This document shows positions 62,821 to 64,000 of a stretch of DNA of 64,000 nt, piece by piece. This DNA comes from an uncultured archaeon (GTDB lineage Archaea; Iainarchaeota; Iainarchaeia; Iainarchaeales; GCA-2688035). The position numbers and the translations under genes were made by a program. The stretch is from the NCBI GenBank assembly GCA_964640195.1, contig CAZXIC010000001.1:83363-147362 (forward strand), in the 5' to 3' direction. How positions within the stretch are numbered: position 1 is the first letter of the stretch; each line of letters opens with the position of its first letter. The notes beneath the pieces are model-generated. The model was not told where the DNA came from, did not search any database, and was given only the letters and a program-made list of their open reading frames with translations.

Positions 62821-63624
62821 TCAACCGCCTTTGCTCAGTTGCCTGCTCCGCTTTACTGCAGCGTTTATTGCGGCAGACAGGGCCTCTCCAACAGCTCTTT
62901 GCTTCAGCTTCTGCAGCCCCGCTTCCGTTGTCCCGCCAGGCGAGGAAACAGACTTGATGAGTTGCCCTGCATCTGTTTTATCTGACTGCAGCATCTTCGC
63001 TGTCCCGAGCATTGTCTGGGCAGCAAGCTCTGCAGAAGCCTGTCTGCCCAAGCCGTTTTTCTCTGCTGCTTCCGCAAGCGACTTGGCAAAGAACGCGAAG
63101 AACGCCGGACCGCTGCCTGACAAGGCTGTTACAGCGTCAAGCTGCCCTTCTTTCACTTCGCCAATGATGCCTGCAGAGGAAAAAATCCTTGCAACAAGTT
63201 CTTTGTCAAGCTCTGTCACTTTTTTTCCGACTGCAAAAGCGCCTGCCATCTGCTGCACCATGCAGGCAATGTTCGGCATTACCCTCACAACCCTCGCTGT
63301 TGGCACTGCTTTCTCATAGAAGGAAATCTTCAGGCCTGCTGCGATTGAGATAACCAGCTTGTTTTTCAACTGTTCACTGGTTTCCTGCAGCAGCTGCTGC
63401 ATGTCCTGCGGCTTTACAGCCAGGAGAACGGCTTCAGCCTGGGCTGCCGCTTCTGCTGGACTTTGCGCAATCCGCACACTGAAATTTTCACTGACAAGGG
63501 CAAGCCTTTCAGCGCTTTTGTCAGCTACAACCAGTTCGCTTTCCTTGAATTTCTTGCTCTGCAGCATTGCGTAGAGCAGGGCGTATCCCATTTTTCCCGC
63601 GCCAACCACGGCAATCATCTCCAA
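62821..63624 (-). CDS. proC: Pyrroline-5-carboxylate reductase
   Basis: IAVVGAGKMG Rossmann motif; P5CR C-terminus. Confidence 0.85.
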   Translation of the reverse strand: MEMIAVVGAGKMGYALLYAMLQSKKFKESELVVADKSAERLALVSENFSVRIAQSPAEAAAQAEAVLLAVKPQDMQQLLQETSEQLKNKLVISIAAGLKISFYEKAVPTARVVRVMPNIACMVQQMAGAFAVGKKVTELDKELVARIFSSAGIIGEVKEGQLDAVTALSGSGPAFFAFFAKSLAEAAEKNGLGRQASAELAAQTMLGTAKMLQSDKTDAGQLIKSVSSPGGTTEAGLQKLKQRAVGEALSAAINAAVKRSRQLSKGG

Positions 63625-63640
63625 ACACCTCGTTCAAGAT

Positions 63641-63997
63641 TCATTGCCTGTGCCTCCTCTTGCTCTCCCTCAGGAAGTCGGCCATTCTCGCAAGCAAGTC
63701 CTTGTTCCACTGCTTCTTCATCCTGTAGTCGTGCAATCCGCGTATTGGCGGCCTTTCCCTCTCAACTATTTCTTTCTCGTTCAGGAAGTATTGGCGCTGC
63801 TCGCCTTCCTTTGCCGGCTCCTTTATCTCAGGAAACCTGTAAACAGTGCAAAAATTCTGCAAAAACTGCTGCCTCTCCGATTTCCCAAGCCTTGCTGCAA
63901 TCACCTGCATTATCCCAAAAGCCATTCTGCCCAGGGCAACTGTTTCCTGGTTCCTGTGCACTCTTTCATCCAGGTCAACCTGCGCCATCACGTTCAA
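63641..63997 (-). CDS. Hypothetical protein, possibly truncated at the window edge
   Basis: ORF to the window end. Confidence 0.3.
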   Translation of the reverse strand: MNVMAQVDLDERVHRNQETVALGRMAFGIMQVIAARLGKSERQQFLQNFCTVYRFPEIKEPAKEGEQRQYFLNEKEIVERERPPIRGLHDYRMKKQWNKDLLARMADFLRESKRRHRQ

Positions 63998-64000
63998 GCC

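Overview
Archaeal-type 64-kb window with mixed coding strands and about 50% GC. The archaeal call rests on Alba, a group II chaperonin (thermosome) with a GGM tail, deoxyhypusine synthase, Sec61-beta, an archaeal-type ProRS, Sm-like proteins and a box C/D sRNA candidate. Bacterial-style GGAGGTGA ribosome-binding sites and hairpin/oligo-T terminators are also visible. Housekeeping genes (ileS with an adjacent tRNA-Ile(UAU), SSB, thermosome, a KaiC-like ATPase, a Bud32-like kinase, TspO, a sucrose-synthesis pair SPP plus an SPS-ROK fusion, an RNase HIII-like enzyme, rhomboid, a DRG GTPase, a TrmH-like methyltransferase, GNAT, and proC-proA-proB-proS) frame two unusual stretches. (1) At 2.5-11.6 kb a minus-strand cell-surface operon encodes three secreted CARDB/beta-helix repeat proteins, one about 1575 aa, headed by two tandem overlapping Sm-like genes. 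(2) At about 22-38.5 kb an accessory, cassette-like region holds two rearranged copies of a TrmB-regulator/unknown-258-aa-protein module and an XRE(YozG-like)/DUF2178 module sharing a conserved TATA-containing promoter. It also holds several toxin-antitoxin modules (RelE-like, DUF4258/DUF2283, Zn-ribbon-AbrB, HicB), some bracketed by short direct repeats: a 19-bp repeat in three copies and a roughly 46-bp repeat in two copies plus a partial third. No integrase, transposase or CRISPR was found. Other points: a tRNA 3'-half duplicate in the ileS leader, a frameshift at a T9 tract splitting an ABC ATPase, a missed Sec61-beta gene, and duplicated wHTH/small-protein divergent pairs. All functional calls are motif-level inferences from reading the translations; no database search was run.
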